The notes beneath the pieces are model-generated. The model made no database searches and was not told where the DNA came from. It saw only the letters and a list, made by a program, of their open reading frames with translations. The translations under genes and the position numbers were made by a program. Of a stretch of DNA of 64,000 nucleotides, positions 28,444-38,540 are shown in pieces; the stretch's first letter is position 1, and each line of letters starts with the position of its first letter. The DNA lies in the IMG/VR virus record IMGVR_UViG_3300021431_000016, positions 1,906 through 65,905 of that record. One strand, given 5' to 3'. Source of the stretch: a virus (Duplodnaviria > Caudoviricetes).

Positions 28444-28875
28444 ATGGAACTTATTCTTATGAACACCGCCCAGGGGTTGAAGCCCATGTATGACGAGGAC
28501 TACGACGAGAAGAAGCGGTTGAAGATAGGTCAGGTATACAAGGCGAGGATTGTGGTGCCGAGAAATATTGATCTGCACAGGAAATATTTCTCCATGATTA
28601 GCTGCGCCTGGGACCTGCTAACTGAACGCCAGAGAGAGTTCTTCGGCACAAAGGAGAGTTTCCGCAAGACCTTGCAGGTCGCCGCAGGATATTGCGAGAG
28701 GGTGTTCAACCTTGAGTTGAGGGCATGGGTGGAGGTGCCCAAGAGCATCGCCTTCGACAAGATGAAGGGCGATGAGTTCGATGCTCTGTATAAAGGCGTT
28801 AGAGACGTGCTCTTCAAGGTTTTCTTGAAGCACATCACAATAGAGCAGTTTGAAGAGACTTTGATGAATTATTAG
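28444..28875 (+). CDS. DUF1367/NinB-like protein
   Basis: PRNIDLHRKYF..VPKSIAFDKM..EFDALY. Confidence 0.7.
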   Translation: MELILMNTAQGLKPMYDEDYDEKKRLKIGQVYKARIVVPRNIDLHRKYFSMISCAWDLLTERQREFFGTKESFRKTLQVAAGYCERVFNLELRAWVEVPKSIAFDKMKGDEFDALYKGVRDVLFKVFLKHITIEQFEETLMNY

Positions 28876-28878
28876 ACT

Positions 28879-29163
28879 ATGAGCAAGAGCAAGGATTTCG
28901 ACAACACAGTTCTCGCCATGAGCGAGTGGCTGGACGAGAGGATGGACGCCTACCTTATGCTCCTCACGAAGGACGGGGTAAGCGGCATGATAATGAACGG
29001 CGAATCCGATGATGTGATAGATGCTCTCGCGTCGGGCATGGTGGACCATGAGGAGTTGCGCGCCATCGTCCTCAAGGCTGTGGGCGTTGCCATGCACGAG
29101 ATAGAGGAGCAGCATCACTGCGGCGACGACGTGAACGACATCAACAACTTCAACATGAACTGA
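28879..29163 (+). CDS. Hypothetical acidic protein
   Basis: Clean ORF in operon. Confidence 0.6.
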   Translation: MSKSKDFDNTVLAMSEWLDERMDAYLMLLTKDGVSGMIMNGESDDVIDALASGMVDHEELRAIVLKAVGVAMHEIEEQHHCGDDVNDINNFNMN

Positions 29164-29164
29164 C

Positions 29165-29746
29165 ATGGCAAATAAGTTTTTCGCAAAGAAGGTGTGGATA
29201 GTGCCAGGAAACGAACACAGGTTCCGAAGCGAACACGACGCAAAGTACTACTGTGAGCAGAACGGCATAGACTTCTCCACCGTTGAGAAGTACGACAGCA
29301 TCAAGGAGTACGAGCGTTGGCTGGAGCTACAGGAGCTTGAGCGGCAAGGCAAGATTAGCGAGTTGAAACGACAGGTGGAGTTCGAGTTGACTCCCAAGCA
29401 GTACCGTCGGGAGAAGGTGAGGGAGAAGGAAGTGAAATACTATTATGTCCCTGATGAAAACGGCTTTGGCAACTGGAGATTTAACACTAAGAAGAATGCC
29501 GTAAGTTACACGAAACTTCACAACTTGAGTGCTAAATTAATCTTCTCGCAGACTGTCACCGAACCAGTCTACAAGGACGTGACGATACTCGACCGCTCTG
29601 TCTACACCGCCGACTTCACCTACATCGAGGACGGCGAGTTCATCATCGAAGACTGCAAGAGCGACTACACCAAGAAAGAGGCAGACTATGTGTTGAGGAA
29701 GAAATTCCTCTACTACAAGTACAGGATATTAATTCGTGAGACATGA
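29165..29746 (+). CDS. DUF1064-like PD-(D/E)XK endonuclease
   Basis: DSIKEYERWLEL..ISELKRQVEFEL..YTADFTY..IEDCKS. Confidence 0.75.
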   Translation: MANKFFAKKVWIVPGNEHRFRSEHDAKYYCEQNGIDFSTVEKYDSIKEYERWLELQELERQGKISELKRQVEFELTPKQYRREKVREKEVKYYYVPDENGFGNWRFNTKKNAVSYTKLHNLSAKLIFSQTVTEPVYKDVTILDRSVYTADFTYIEDGEFIIEDCKSDYTKKEADYVLRKKFLYYKYRILIRET

Positions 29747-29955
29747 CACCAGAGCAATTGGAGTTTGAGGTGGCGATGATTATCGCCGACAAAGAGGCAC
29801 AGGGAAAGATGGCGCAGTGCGACATGCTCGAGCTCCACAAGGCTACGGGTGTTGACTGCAGCGAGTTGCTTCCCTTGATGCGCCACCTTGTGAGGGCGGG
29901 CAAGTTTGTTGCCCACATCAGCATCAACAAGATACCGATATTGACGAGACAATGA
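29743..29955 (+). CDS. Small hypothetical (winged-helix-like) protein
   Basis: Coupled ORF. Confidence 0.55.
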   Translation: MTPEQLEFEVAMIIADKEAQGKMAQCDMLELHKATGVDCSELLPLMRHLVRAGKFVAHISINKIPILTRQ

Positions 29956-30809
29956 AAGAGACCATATTAGGCATAGAACAGAAGCGCGCCGTTGAGTTAG
30001 GACTCGACGTGACAGACGTGGTGCTTCTCGACGTGATAGGACACAAGCTCGCCAGCGAGAGCACCGAGAAACAGGAGATAGAAGGGCGCCAATATGTATG
30101 GGTGTGCTATCAGTCTATCATCGAGTGGCTCCCTATCCTTGGGCTCAAAAAGCGCGCTCTTGCATTACGCCTCGACAAGCTTGTTGGCAAGGGCATTTTG
30201 AAGAAATTCGTAGCCAAAGAAAAAGGCAATTTCACCTTCTTTGCCCTATGCGATCTCAATGACATACCTATGCCATCAGAATTGCAAAGGGTATGTAATG
30301 CCAATGACAAACCTATGTCAACGAAATTGCATACAAAGAGTAACCGAGATAAAGTAACCGAGATAAGAGAGAAAGAAAAAGATATAACTAAAGTTATATC
30401 CAAAAAGAAAGAAACCACAACGGCGGATTTCAACAACGAGATAGAGGTGTTCAAGAATTATGTTGACAGCGACCAGGAGTTCGCCTACAGCCTGCGGCAC
30501 TACCACATCAAGAGCGTCAGTAAGCTCGTCGAGAAATTCAAGCTGCACATCCTCAACAACGGACTTGTCGGCGACTTTATGAGCAACGGCTACCAGCGCA
30601 ACAAAGGATGGATGCTGCGTGTAATACCCAAACTTGACGTGAGCGACATTACAGGTGTGACACTCGGTAAAGGAGAATACCTCAAAGACGGACGGCGCTG
30701 GTATCTCAACCGCAACGGCAAAGAGATTGAGGTGCCGATGGACGCCCCACCAAGACGGCAAGGCACTATCTGGTACAAAGAGCAGGGTCGCTGGGGACCT
30801 GATATTTAG
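29952..30809 (+). CDS. Putative replication initiator (N-terminal winged helix)
   Basis: YVWVCYQSIIEWLPIL..RALALRLDKLVGKGIL wHTH; located before the helicase. Confidence 0.65.
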   Translation: MKETILGIEQKRAVELGLDVTDVVLLDVIGHKLASESTEKQEIEGRQYVWVCYQSIIEWLPILGLKKRALALRLDKLVGKGILKKFVAKEKGNFTFFALCDLNDIPMPSELQRVCNANDKPMSTKLHTKSNRDKVTEIREKEKDITKVISKKKETTTADFNNEIEVFKNYVDSDQEFAYSLRHYHIKSVSKLVEKFKLHILNNGLVGDFMSNGYQRNKGWMLRVIPKLDVSDITGVTLGKGEYLKDGRRWYLNRNGKEIEVPMDAPPRRQGTIWYKEQGRWGPDI

Positions 30810-30834
30810 AGTTATCAGTTTTGAGTTATGAGTT

Positions 30835-33800
30835 ATGAGTTGTCAGAATGACATGGAGAAAAGAAAAGAGACATTTGAGGAATATGGCATAAAGATTCCT
30901 TACAGACGGCGCAACGGAAATGTGAAGTGCGTCTGTCCCAACTGCAAGACATCGGGGCGCTCGCATCCCGAGGACAGGAGCCTGAGTGTGAATCTCGACA
31001 CAGGGCTGTGGCACTGCCACTACTGCGGATGGAGCGGAGCCCTGAAAGGCTATGAGGGACGTCGCCCAGAGAGGAGAAGAAACTACAACAAGCCCAAGCC
31101 CCTTGAGGAGCACGGCCTGAGCCAGAAGCTCATCAACTATTGCTCGTTAAGAGGCATATCCCTTGATACTCTCAAGGCAATGCACATCGCCGAGGGGCTG
31201 GAGTTCATGCCACAGGCGAACAAGGAGATGAACACTGTGCAGTTCCCCTACTTTCTTGAGGGCGAGCTGATCAACATCAAATACCGAACAGGCGACAAGA
31301 AGTTCAAGATGTGTGCAGGTGCTGAGCTCATTCCCTACAACATCGACGGTATCAAAGACAAAGACACGGCCGTGATAGTTGAAGGAGAGTGGGACGCGCT
31401 GAGCTTCATAGAGGCAGGCATCGACAACGTGGTGAGCGTTCCCAACGGCGCCAATGCAAACCTTGAGTGGCTGGACGATTTCCTGGAGGGGTGGTTCGAT
31501 GATAAGCAGACAATCTACATTGCCGTCGACAACGACGAGAAGGGCTTACTGCTGAGAGAGGAGCTTGTGCGTCGCTTCGGCGCAGAGCGGTGCATGGTTG
31601 TGGAGTGGTCGCAGGGCTGCAAGGACGCCAACGACCAGTTGAAGGAGTTCGGCAAGGAATCCCTGCGCAACTGTCTCACAGGCGCCCATGAAGTGAAGGT
31701 GGGCGGCATCTATTCCCTTTCCGACTACGAGAGCGAGCTTGACGCCATGTGGCGTCACGGCCTGCGGCGCGGCAAGACCATCGGCCATGAGAATTTTGAT
31801 AAGCTCGTGAGCTTCGAGACGAAGCGTCTTATGGTAGTTACAGGTGTGCCAGGCTGCCTTGACGGTGACAGCGCAGTGCTTATGTCTGACGGCACCACAA
31901 AGCCTATACGCGACGTTCAAGTCGGCGATGATGTTATGGCACTTGATAAAGACTATCGTCTCGTTACGCGCCCTGTAGTGACGAAATGGGACAGCGGAGA
32001 GAAGATGTGCTACAAGCTCACAACAAACAAGGGGCGCACGTTGATTGCCACAGGCGACCACAAGATACTTTCCTTTGACGGCATGAAGCCATTGAAAGAG
32101 TTGAAGGTGGGAGAGTTTGTCGGTTCGGCTGGTAATTATGACCCGTTTTATGGGAGCTATCTCACCGAAGACATGCTTAGACTTGTGGCGATATGGATAG
32201 CAGAAGGCAACAAGAGCCAGAACACCTACATCGTGAGCAACGGCAACCCTAAAATCGTTGAGCTGATGCAGGAAATCTGCGAGAGGAACTGCCTCAATTT
32301 CCACCACGGCGCAAAATATGAGTACATCATATCTACTCGCAAGCCATTGAAGTGTGACCGCAAGAGATATATTAGCTCCATGTCATACTATTTCAGGCAG
32401 AAGCTCGGCGTAGATACAGAGGCCTCTATCAAGATGGCCTCCGAGAAGTATGAGAAGAAGATGGCCGAGGGGTTAAGTGCTTTTAATCCTATGGAGATTA
32501 TAAAGCGCTTGGGGTTCAAAGGCTCAACCACAAACTCCTTGTTTGTGCCAGATGAGATAAAGAGGATGCCCAATGACAGTGTGGCCCTGTTCTTGAATGT
32601 GCTGTTCTCCTGTGACGGGTGTATCAGCACACAAGGCATTGAGTACAGCAGTAACAGCCAGCATCTGTGCCGCGACATTCAAGACATGCTCGCAAGGTTC
32701 GGTATCAATGCAACAATACACCATAAGAGCGTGAAGTATAATGGCACAACAAGAGACCATTATGTCCTTAATGTTTATCACTACTCTGGCGTTTTTGACT
32801 TTGCCATAAAGATTGGGCTTGTGGGACATACGGAGAAGCTGAAACGTTATCTGCAAGAACATTGTGAGGCATACAGAGGAGATTATCTCCCTGCTTCATG
32901 TAAGGATTTGCTGCCTCATGGCGACAAGTACTACAAGGAGGCCCTCGGCTTCACAATCGGCAAGAACTCTACCGACAAGAAAAGAGTGAGCAGAAAGAAG
33001 ATTGTCGAGATAGCAAGGCTCGAATGTATGACGGACTTGTTTTACAAGACGACAGGCTCCTGTATGTGGGAACAGGTCAAGAGCATTGAGGTTGTAGGCA
33101 TGCGACACACTTACGATATTCAAGTGGCAATAGACCATAACTTTGTGAGTAACAATATGTTAGTAAAAAATAGCGGGAAGTCGGAATTCATCGACGAGAT
33201 GGTGGTGAGGCTCAACGTTCGCTACGGTTGGAAGGCGGCGTTCTTCTCGCCCGAGAACCTCCCGATGAAGTATCATGCAAGCAAGATAATCGAGAAACTT
33301 ACAGGTAAGAAGTTCAGCGAGAACACGATGTCGGCTGTGGAGTATGAGGCCGCCAAGCACTACTACGCCTCGAACTTCAAGCACATATTGCCTGAAGAGA
33401 AATATACACTTGAAGCGATATTAGACAAGGCGAAATTCCTTGTACGCCGAAACGGCATAAAGGTCCTTGTGATAGACCCATACAACCGCATCGAGAGCGA
33501 CATAGGCACACAGAGCGAGACGAACTACATCTCCAAGATACTAGACCAGCTGACGAACTTCGCGCAGCGTAACGACGTGCTTGTGTGCCTCATGGCGCAC
33601 CCCCGCAAGATCAACAGGAGCGAGAACGCTGATGGCATACCAACGTTCTACGATATCAACGGCTCGGCGAACTTTTACAACAAGGCTGACTTTGGTCTGA
33701 TAGTGCACCGCAACCGCGACGAGGGCTATACCCTTGTGAGGGTGGCGAAAGTGAAGTTCCGACACCTGGGAGAGAACGGTGACGCCCTGTTCAAGTACAA

Positions 33801-33972
33801 CACCGAGAACGGCCGCTACACTCCATTTGTGGAGGGCCAACCGTGCGTGTTTGACAACAGGAGCTATATCATGGATGGAGAAAGCGCGCCCCATGTGCAA
33901 CATGAGACGGCGCCACCAGAGAGTAACTATAATTTTTTAAGTGACGTGGGCGATGGATATTGCCCATTCTGA
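30835..33972 (+). CDS. Primase-helicase (T7 gp4/Twinkle-like) interrupted by an intein
   Basis: Zn ribbon (CPNC..CHYC), TOPRIM (EGEWDA, DNDEKG, CKDAND), split Walker A GVPG|SGKS, VIDPYN, AHPRK, KVKFRHLG. Confidence 0.92.
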   Translation: MSCQNDMEKRKETFEEYGIKIPYRRRNGNVKCVCPNCKTSGRSHPEDRSLSVNLDTGLWHCHYCGWSGALKGYEGRRPERRRNYNKPKPLEEHGLSQKLINYCSLRGISLDTLKAMHIAEGLEFMPQANKEMNTVQFPYFLEGELINIKYRTGDKKFKMCAGAELIPYNIDGIKDKDTAVIVEGEWDALSFIEAGIDNVVSVPNGANANLEWLDDFLEGWFDDKQTIYIAVDNDEKGLLLREELVRRFGAERCMVVEWSQGCKDANDQLKEFGKESLRNCLTGAHEVKVGGIYSLSDYESELDAMWRHGLRRGKTIGHENFDKLVSFETKRLMVVTGVPGCLDGDSAVLMSDGTTKPIRDVQVGDDVMALDKDYRLVTRPVVTKWDSGEKMCYKLTTNKGRTLIATGDHKILSFDGMKPLKELKVGEFVGSAGNYDPFYGSYLTEDMLRLVAIWIAEGNKSQNTYIVSNGNPKIVELMQEICERNCLNFHHGAKYEYIISTRKPLKCDRKRYISSMSYYFRQKLGVDTEASIKMASEKYEKKMAEGLSAFNPMEIIKRLGFKGSTTNSLFVPDEIKRMPNDSVALFLNVLFSCDGCISTQGIEYSSNSQHLCRDIQDMLARFGINATIHHKSVKYNGTTRDHYVLNVYHYSGVFDFAIKIGLVGHTEKLKRYLQEHCEAYRGDYLPASCKDLLPHGDKYYKEALGFTIGKNSTDKKRVSRKKIVEIARLECMTDLFYKTTGSCMWEQVKSIEVVGMRHTYDIQVAIDHNFVSNNMLVKNSGKSEFIDEMVVRLNVRYGWKAAFFSPENLPMKYHASKIIEKLTGKKFSENTMSAVEYEAAKHYYASNFKHILPEEKYTLEAILDKAKFLVRRNGIKVLVIDPYNRIESDIGTQSETNYISKILDQLTNFAQRNDVLVCLMAHPRKINRSENADGIPTFYDINGSANFYNKADFGLIVHRNRDEGYTLVRVAKVKFRHLGENGDALFKYNTENGRYTPFVEGQPCVFDNRSYIMDGESAPHVQHETAPPESNYNFLSDVGDGYCPF
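31855..33171 (+). mobile_element. Intein (439 aa) with LAGLIDADG homing endonuclease
   Basis: Starts CLDGD after PG, has TGDHKIL block B, LAGLIDADG-like IWIAEG and LFSCDG, ends YDIQV..HNFVSNNMLVKN before the Ser +1. Confidence 0.9.
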
Positions 33973-34027
33973 TAATTTACGCCGCGGTGCGGCGCACTAC
34001 AAGACACGACAAAAGAAAAGATATATT

Positions 34028-34327
34028 ATGGCGACATTGAGAGAGAACATGCTCAACAGGGAGTTGAGCGGTGACACGGCGAGGCTGTGGTACAACGAGG
34101 ACATGACGAGGCGCACCGGCACGATGCAGCTGCGCCTGAGCGAGGAATATCAGGCACAGGAGACCTTTGAGGCTTCCCTGCAAGCAGGCTGGGAGCCAGT
34201 GCGAGCCGATGAGATAGGCGTGATGCGTGACTTCGGCAGGTGGCTGGAGTTGAGACACAAAGACGTCCCCGACCGCGACACGCTGCGCCGTGAGTGGTTT
34301 GACTATATTAAGACACGAGAGCGATGA
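34028..34327 (+). CDS. Hypothetical protein
   Basis: Coupled ORF in the rightward operon. Confidence 0.55.
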   Translation: MATLRENMLNRELSGDTARLWYNEDMTRRTGTMQLRLSEEYQAQETFEASLQAGWEPVRADEIGVMRDFGRWLELRHKDVPDRDTLRREWFDYIKTRER

Positions 34328-34548
34328 TTACATTAGACGAACTAAAGACGACAGACGTGTATGGTTGGATGGATGAGCTTGACCACATCATGTGCCAGCC
34401 CAGCTTCAACAGCATGAAATTCTCCCAGCGCGTGGCAGTGCGCCGCATGCGCACCGGCCTTGACTATGTGGCGAGCGGCCTGAGAATGATGCAGGGCGGC
34501 GACTATGAGCCACACAACATAGCGTTGCATAACAGGAGGAGGATATGA
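34324..34548 (+). CDS. Hypothetical protein
   Basis: Coupled ORF (ATGA overlaps at both ends). Confidence 0.55.
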   Translation: MITLDELKTTDVYGWMDELDHIMCQPSFNSMKFSQRVAVRRMRTGLDYVASGLRMMQGGDYEPHNIALHNRRRI

Positions 34549-35147
34549 GAGATTTGTTCAATGACCGAGACAGAGTGATTCCTGTGGTGTGTGAGGTGCT
34601 GGGGAATGTTACCCCGGTTGTGGTGATGGGCAAGAGCCGCAAGTCCAATGCGGTGCTCGCAAGGCAGCTAGTGATGTGGGTGATGAACCAGGTGCTCGGG
34701 TACAGCTCGACACAGGTGGGGCTCGCCATGGGCCGCAACCACGCCACAGTGCTCCATAGCATTGGTGCTGTGAGAGACATGTCCACGAAAACCGTGCGAG
34801 ACTTCTACCACAGGGAGAACAAGGCTCGTGAGACACTGGAGATCAGGTTCGGAGAGAAGGTTCTTGAGAACAGGATAATCGAGCTGCTGCGTGATGCCAG
34901 AGGCGAGTTCGAGGGCGAGTCCTACACCAAGCATGTGGAGGTGGATTACGGCAATGTAAAAGGCACGGCATACGCCGCCATGAGCTGGCACAGCGAGGAG
35001 GATGTGCAGACCTTCGACTGGGGACAGAGCGTGGTCCAGACCGAGCGTGTAGTGGACGGCATCAAGGGACTCGAGGTGGAGTGCTGGGATGCCGATACCG
35101 AGGAAGACATAAAGGTGGACACGGACTACATCTCCCGCCACCTGTGA
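34545..35147 (+). CDS. Protein with DnaA C-terminal-like HTH domain
   Basis: RKSNAVLARQLVMW..YSSTQVGLAMGRNHATVLHS matches the DnaA domain IV signature. Confidence 0.7.
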   Translation: MRDLFNDRDRVIPVVCEVLGNVTPVVVMGKSRKSNAVLARQLVMWVMNQVLGYSSTQVGLAMGRNHATVLHSIGAVRDMSTKTVRDFYHRENKARETLEIRFGEKVLENRIIELLRDARGEFEGESYTKHVEVDYGNVKGTAYAAMSWHSEEDVQTFDWGQSVVQTERVVDGIKGLEVECWDADTEEDIKVDTDYISRHL

Positions 35148-35404
35148 ATATATGAAACGGGCACATGACGGAGAGCGGTTTTTTATAGTTAACACAAATA
35201 TTAATCCGTAGTTAGTAAGATAGTAAAAAGAATGCTCCGTTCTCCCGACCCTTGCTGCCCGCCATGGGCAGACCTCCACTGTGAGGACTGAGCAGAAAGG
35301 CGGTTGTCGAGTGAAAGAGATACTAATTATTAACCCAAAATGATTGAAAACGTTAAGATGGGCGACCGCCTTTTTTAAAAAGACAACCAAAGAGATACAA
35401 AGAT

Positions 35405-35614
35405 ATGGACGAAGAATTAAGAAAAAAAGGCTGGGTATCGATCAAGGAGCAGATGCCGCCCATGGGAGAGGAAGTCGTCGTGATGCGCGTCCATTCCTAT
35501 TGCCATCAGGAGGCGTGGTGGGCGAAATTCAGAAGCGAAGCCGAGGTGTTCGCCAGTGGCGTGACACACTGGGGGAAGATTGAGAACAAGGAGAGAAAGG
35601 AGATTGAGATATGA
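35405..35614 (+). CDS. DUF551-like small protein
   Basis: WVSIKEQMP...VTHW. Confidence 0.65.
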   Translation: MDEELRKKGWVSIKEQMPPMGEEVVVMRVHSYCHQEAWWAKFRSEAEVFASGVTHWGKIENKERKEIEI

Positions 35615-35808
35615 AGACAGTTATAATTGTTCTTTTTATAATAGTTGTAATTTTATTTTTGTTGGCAATGGGGAAACCTCTCAATGAATGGTGTGATAAA
35701 CATATATTTAACAAGGATATTAACAATCCAAAAGTTAAAGAAAAAGTAAATGAAATTGAGAGAAATCTTAAAGAGAAATATTCTCATCTTAAAGAGAAAG
35801 GAGATTGA
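35611..35808 (+). CDS. Small membrane protein
   Basis: N-terminal hydrophobic helix. Confidence 0.6.
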   Translation: MKTVIIVLFIIVVILFLLAMGKPLNEWCDKHIFNKDINNPKVKEKVNEIERNLKEKYSHLKEKGD

Positions 35809-35811
35809 GAT

Positions 35812-36270
35812 ATGACAACAAAACAAAAAGAATTAAGATTTTGTATTGAGTATGTTTGCCCAACCCATCCGTACAATGATGATGGCAGTGTGAACGTAAG
35901 ATATTTTAGAACACTCGGCGAGGAAGAGGCAGAAAATGCTCTTGTCCTCTTGCTTGAATGCGGCTGTAAATTGATTGACCTTTACAGAGGAAATGTGCAA
36001 GACGGCAAACTTGCCGAGTGGATTACTCCCATGATAGTAAGTCCAGATGACTGGTGGAAGGGAGACTACTTTCCTTATAGGAAGTTGGTTGGGAATATAA
36101 GTCTTGCTTTTATGGATTATCTTGACAAAATTAAACCAGACGGCAAAATGTGTTTATCAAACATGGAGTGTGCTGATATTGATAAGGCTTTTTATGAAAT
36201 GGATTGGGCGAAACTATATCGCTATCTTAAAAAATATTCTAAAGATATAAATGATGGAACAGAAGGATAA
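35812..36270 (+). CDS. Hypothetical protein
   Basis: Clean ORF in the accessory array. Confidence 0.6.
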   Translation: MTTKQKELRFCIEYVCPTHPYNDDGSVNVRYFRTLGEEEAENALVLLLECGCKLIDLYRGNVQDGKLAEWITPMIVSPDDWWKGDYFPYRKLVGNISLAFMDYLDKIKPDGKMCLSNMECADIDKAFYEMDWAKLYRYLKKYSKDINDGTEG

Positions 36271-36637
36271 AGACTTACTACTTAAAGACCTCTGTGCGAG
36301 GTTAGCGTATGGGGTGAAAGTTAAATGTGACAATTACATAATGAAAGTGCTTGGTGTCCACGCACCAGGGATGACGGTTGATATAACTGACGGCGAACAT
36401 CGGTTTTCGGCTGTAAGGATTGAAGAGGTCAAACCCTACCTTCGCCCAATGAGTTCTCAAACTAGCGAAGAAAGGGAAGAACTTAACAACATCCTTGAAT
36501 ATCAATATTACTCAGATGACAGTTGTATGTGTGAAGCAAGTGACTGGCTCAACGCCCATCACTTTGACTATCGAGGCCTCATTGAGAAAGGCCTTGCTAT
36601 TGAAGTAACAGAAGAAAATAACCCTTATAAAGGTTGA
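36251..36637 (+). CDS. Hypothetical phage protein (LLKDLCARL..KPYLRPMSS type)
   Basis: Clean ORF in the accessory array. Confidence 0.65.
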   Translation: MMEQKDKDLLLKDLCARLAYGVKVKCDNYIMKVLGVHAPGMTVDITDGEHRFSAVRIEEVKPYLRPMSSQTSEEREELNNILEYQYYSDDSCMCEASDWLNAHHFDYRGLIEKGLAIEVTEENNPYKG

Positions 36638-36640
36638 GTA

Positions 36641-36862
36641 ATGAAAACTCCAAGATGTACCAAATGTAAGTGGTTTAGACGTTCCAAAGCAAGAGTAAGA
36701 ATTTATGACCACGGAAACGGAATTAGAATGGAGGCACCCAGCCCTATAGAACTGCTTGGGACATATTACTGTAAGAACAGGTGGTGGAACTACCCATCAC
36801 AATCCTATTTCAAGAACAATGACGTTTGCGAAGATTTTGAATTTAAAACAAATAAAGATTGA
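36641..36862 (+). CDS. Small Cys-containing protein
   Basis: CTKC, YYC and VCEDF. Confidence 0.55.
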   Translation: MKTPRCTKCKWFRRSKARVRIYDHGNGIRMEAPSPIELLGTYYCKNRWWNYPSQSYFKNNDVCEDFEFKTNKD

Positions 36863-36866
36863 GATT

Positions 36867-37043
36867 ATGAGAGGAACGGAATATAAACACGTTTATACCC
36901 TACGAAATAAGGACACAGGCAACTACTTGTTAACTTATTGGGCAAGTAGTCAAAAGCATAAGGCTTTGTTTTCTACTCGCAAGAAAGCAGAAGATGCAGT
37001 TAAACGGATTGGTGATACAAACATTGAAATTGTTGAACTATGA
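36867..37043 (+). CDS. Small hypothetical protein
   Basis: ATG with A-rich leader. Confidence 0.5.
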   Translation: MRGTEYKHVYTLRNKDTGNYLLTYWASSQKHKALFSTRKKAEDAVKRIGDTNIEIVEL

Positions 37044-37083
37044 AATAATATTGGAGTTACACGAACAAAAACTAATATAAATC

Positions 37084-37494
37084 ATGGATTACAAAGAAAA
37101 ATATGAACAGGCTCTTGAAAGAGCAAAGAAATTATATGAGCAAGGCACTATAACTGAAAGTCTTGGTTATGTGTTTCCCGAACTCCAAGAGAGTAAGGAT
37201 GAGAGGATAAGAAACTTTCTTATTGATTTCATCAAGATATGCACTTGGACTGAGAAGAAAGACCAAGGTTGGCCATCAAGAGAAGATTGTCTTGCTTGGC
37301 TTGAAAAGCAAAGTGAGAAGAAACCTGCCGAGGATGCTAAGGCCCTTGATGCAGATAAGGTGATTGAGTGGTTGAAAATTACAATAAATGAGAGGGCAGA
37401 AAATTATGGTGTATATAACGAAACTCGTTTAATCCTGTCTTATAATTCTATTGAAGACCTTATTAATGATTTTAAGGAAGATTTCGGATTATGA
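37084..37494 (+). CDS. Hypothetical phage protein (MDYKEKYEQALERAK type)
   Basis: Clean ORF in the accessory array. Confidence 0.65.
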   Translation: MDYKEKYEQALERAKKLYEQGTITESLGYVFPELQESKDERIRNFLIDFIKICTWTEKKDQGWPSREDCLAWLEKQSEKKPAEDAKALDADKVIEWLKITINERAENYGVYNETRLILSYNSIEDLINDFKEDFGL

Positions 37495-37868
37495 CACTTG
37501 ACGATTTTCTAAAACTGGTAAAGAATTATTCCAAAAGTTTACCAATGGAAATGGTACTGTCTGACTTAATGTTTAAAGGTAAGTTGGACACCAACACCAT
37601 TCTATTGAGCTACACTGGTGCTCTTGAAAAAGAGCGACATATCCTTAACAGCCGCTTTAATGAGGCTGCTATTAATCTCACCCAAATTCTCAGCGGTAAT
37701 TTCAAAAAGAAAGAGCAGAAGGAAGATGTCTATAAAAGGGCAATCCACACTTATAATCTTAATAAGTCCATTGTTCCACATATCCATGACACTAAATATG
37801 GATACACGGAAGAAGATGAGAAGAAGTGGGATGAGTTTTGTGAAACAATATACGGAGTAAAGTTATGA
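37491..37868 (+). CDS. Hypothetical protein
   Basis: Coupled ORF. Confidence 0.6.
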   Translation: MTLDDFLKLVKNYSKSLPMEMVLSDLMFKGKLDTNTILLSYTGALEKERHILNSRFNEAAINLTQILSGNFKKKEQKEDVYKRAIHTYNLNKSIVPHIHDTKYGYTEEDEKKWDEFCETIYGVKL

Positions 37869-38260
37869 CACGAGAAGAATTTATTGGCTGGTGTGAGGAA
37901 AGATTTGCCCTCACCAAGAATGACATTTACGACCTTGGACAGTTATATAACGAGGTGACAAAACCTCACTGGATAAGTGTTGAGGATGAGTTGCCACCCA
38001 CAAGCGACAAAGACGATGAGTCGGATGATTATCTCATTGTAGATAGTGATGGAGATAAGAAAGTAGGGTATTACAACAAAATGGATGAACTTTGGTTTTC
38101 TTATGATGGCTATATATTGGATGTTACCCACTGGATGCCGTTGCCACAAGCACCATTAGTCACTGATTTAAACAAAAAAGATTTGCCACCATTGGGTCAT
38201 CAAGAAGGCAATATACTTGTAGAAAAGAAAGGAGGCGAAAATGAACAAAAAGATAGCTGA
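37865..38260 (+). CDS. DUF551-like protein
   Basis: HWISVEDELP...VTHWMPLP. Confidence 0.7.
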   Translation: MTREEFIGWCEERFALTKNDIYDLGQLYNEVTKPHWISVEDELPPTSDKDDESDDYLIVDSDGDKKVGYYNKMDELWFSYDGYILDVTHWMPLPQAPLVTDLNKKDLPPLGHQEGNILVEKKGGENEQKDS

Positions 38261-38534
38261 GATAAGTATAGACCTCTACCAAAGGGGTCTGCTCGCAAGA
38301 TGCGAGGAGCTTGAGATGGAGGCGATGTGCTCAAGCGGAGAGGAGCTGATGGACTTCCTGAATAATGTGCAATGTGCTGTCGACCCCGATGTTATATTCA
38401 AGCTCTCAGAAAAAGGAGAGGCTGTTGCGAAAGCCCTTAGAGAGAACCCTGAGTTGACTTTTGAGGAGGCTTGCTCCATTGCCGACAAAGTGAAGAAAGG
38501 AGGCGAGGTTAGAGCAACTCAAAAAACAATTTGA
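38241..38534 (+). CDS. Hypothetical protein
   Basis: ORF in the array. Confidence 0.55.
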   Translation: MNKKIAEISIDLYQRGLLARCEELEMEAMCSSGEELMDFLNNVQCAVDPDVIFKLSEKGEAVAKALRENPELTFEEACSIADKVKKGGEVRATQKTI

Positions 38535-38540
38535 AGAGCT

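Noticed and set aside
35278-35302. Hammerhead-like CTGTGAG..GAAA
   Set aside because: Core lacks the CUGANGA spacing and stem II cannot form
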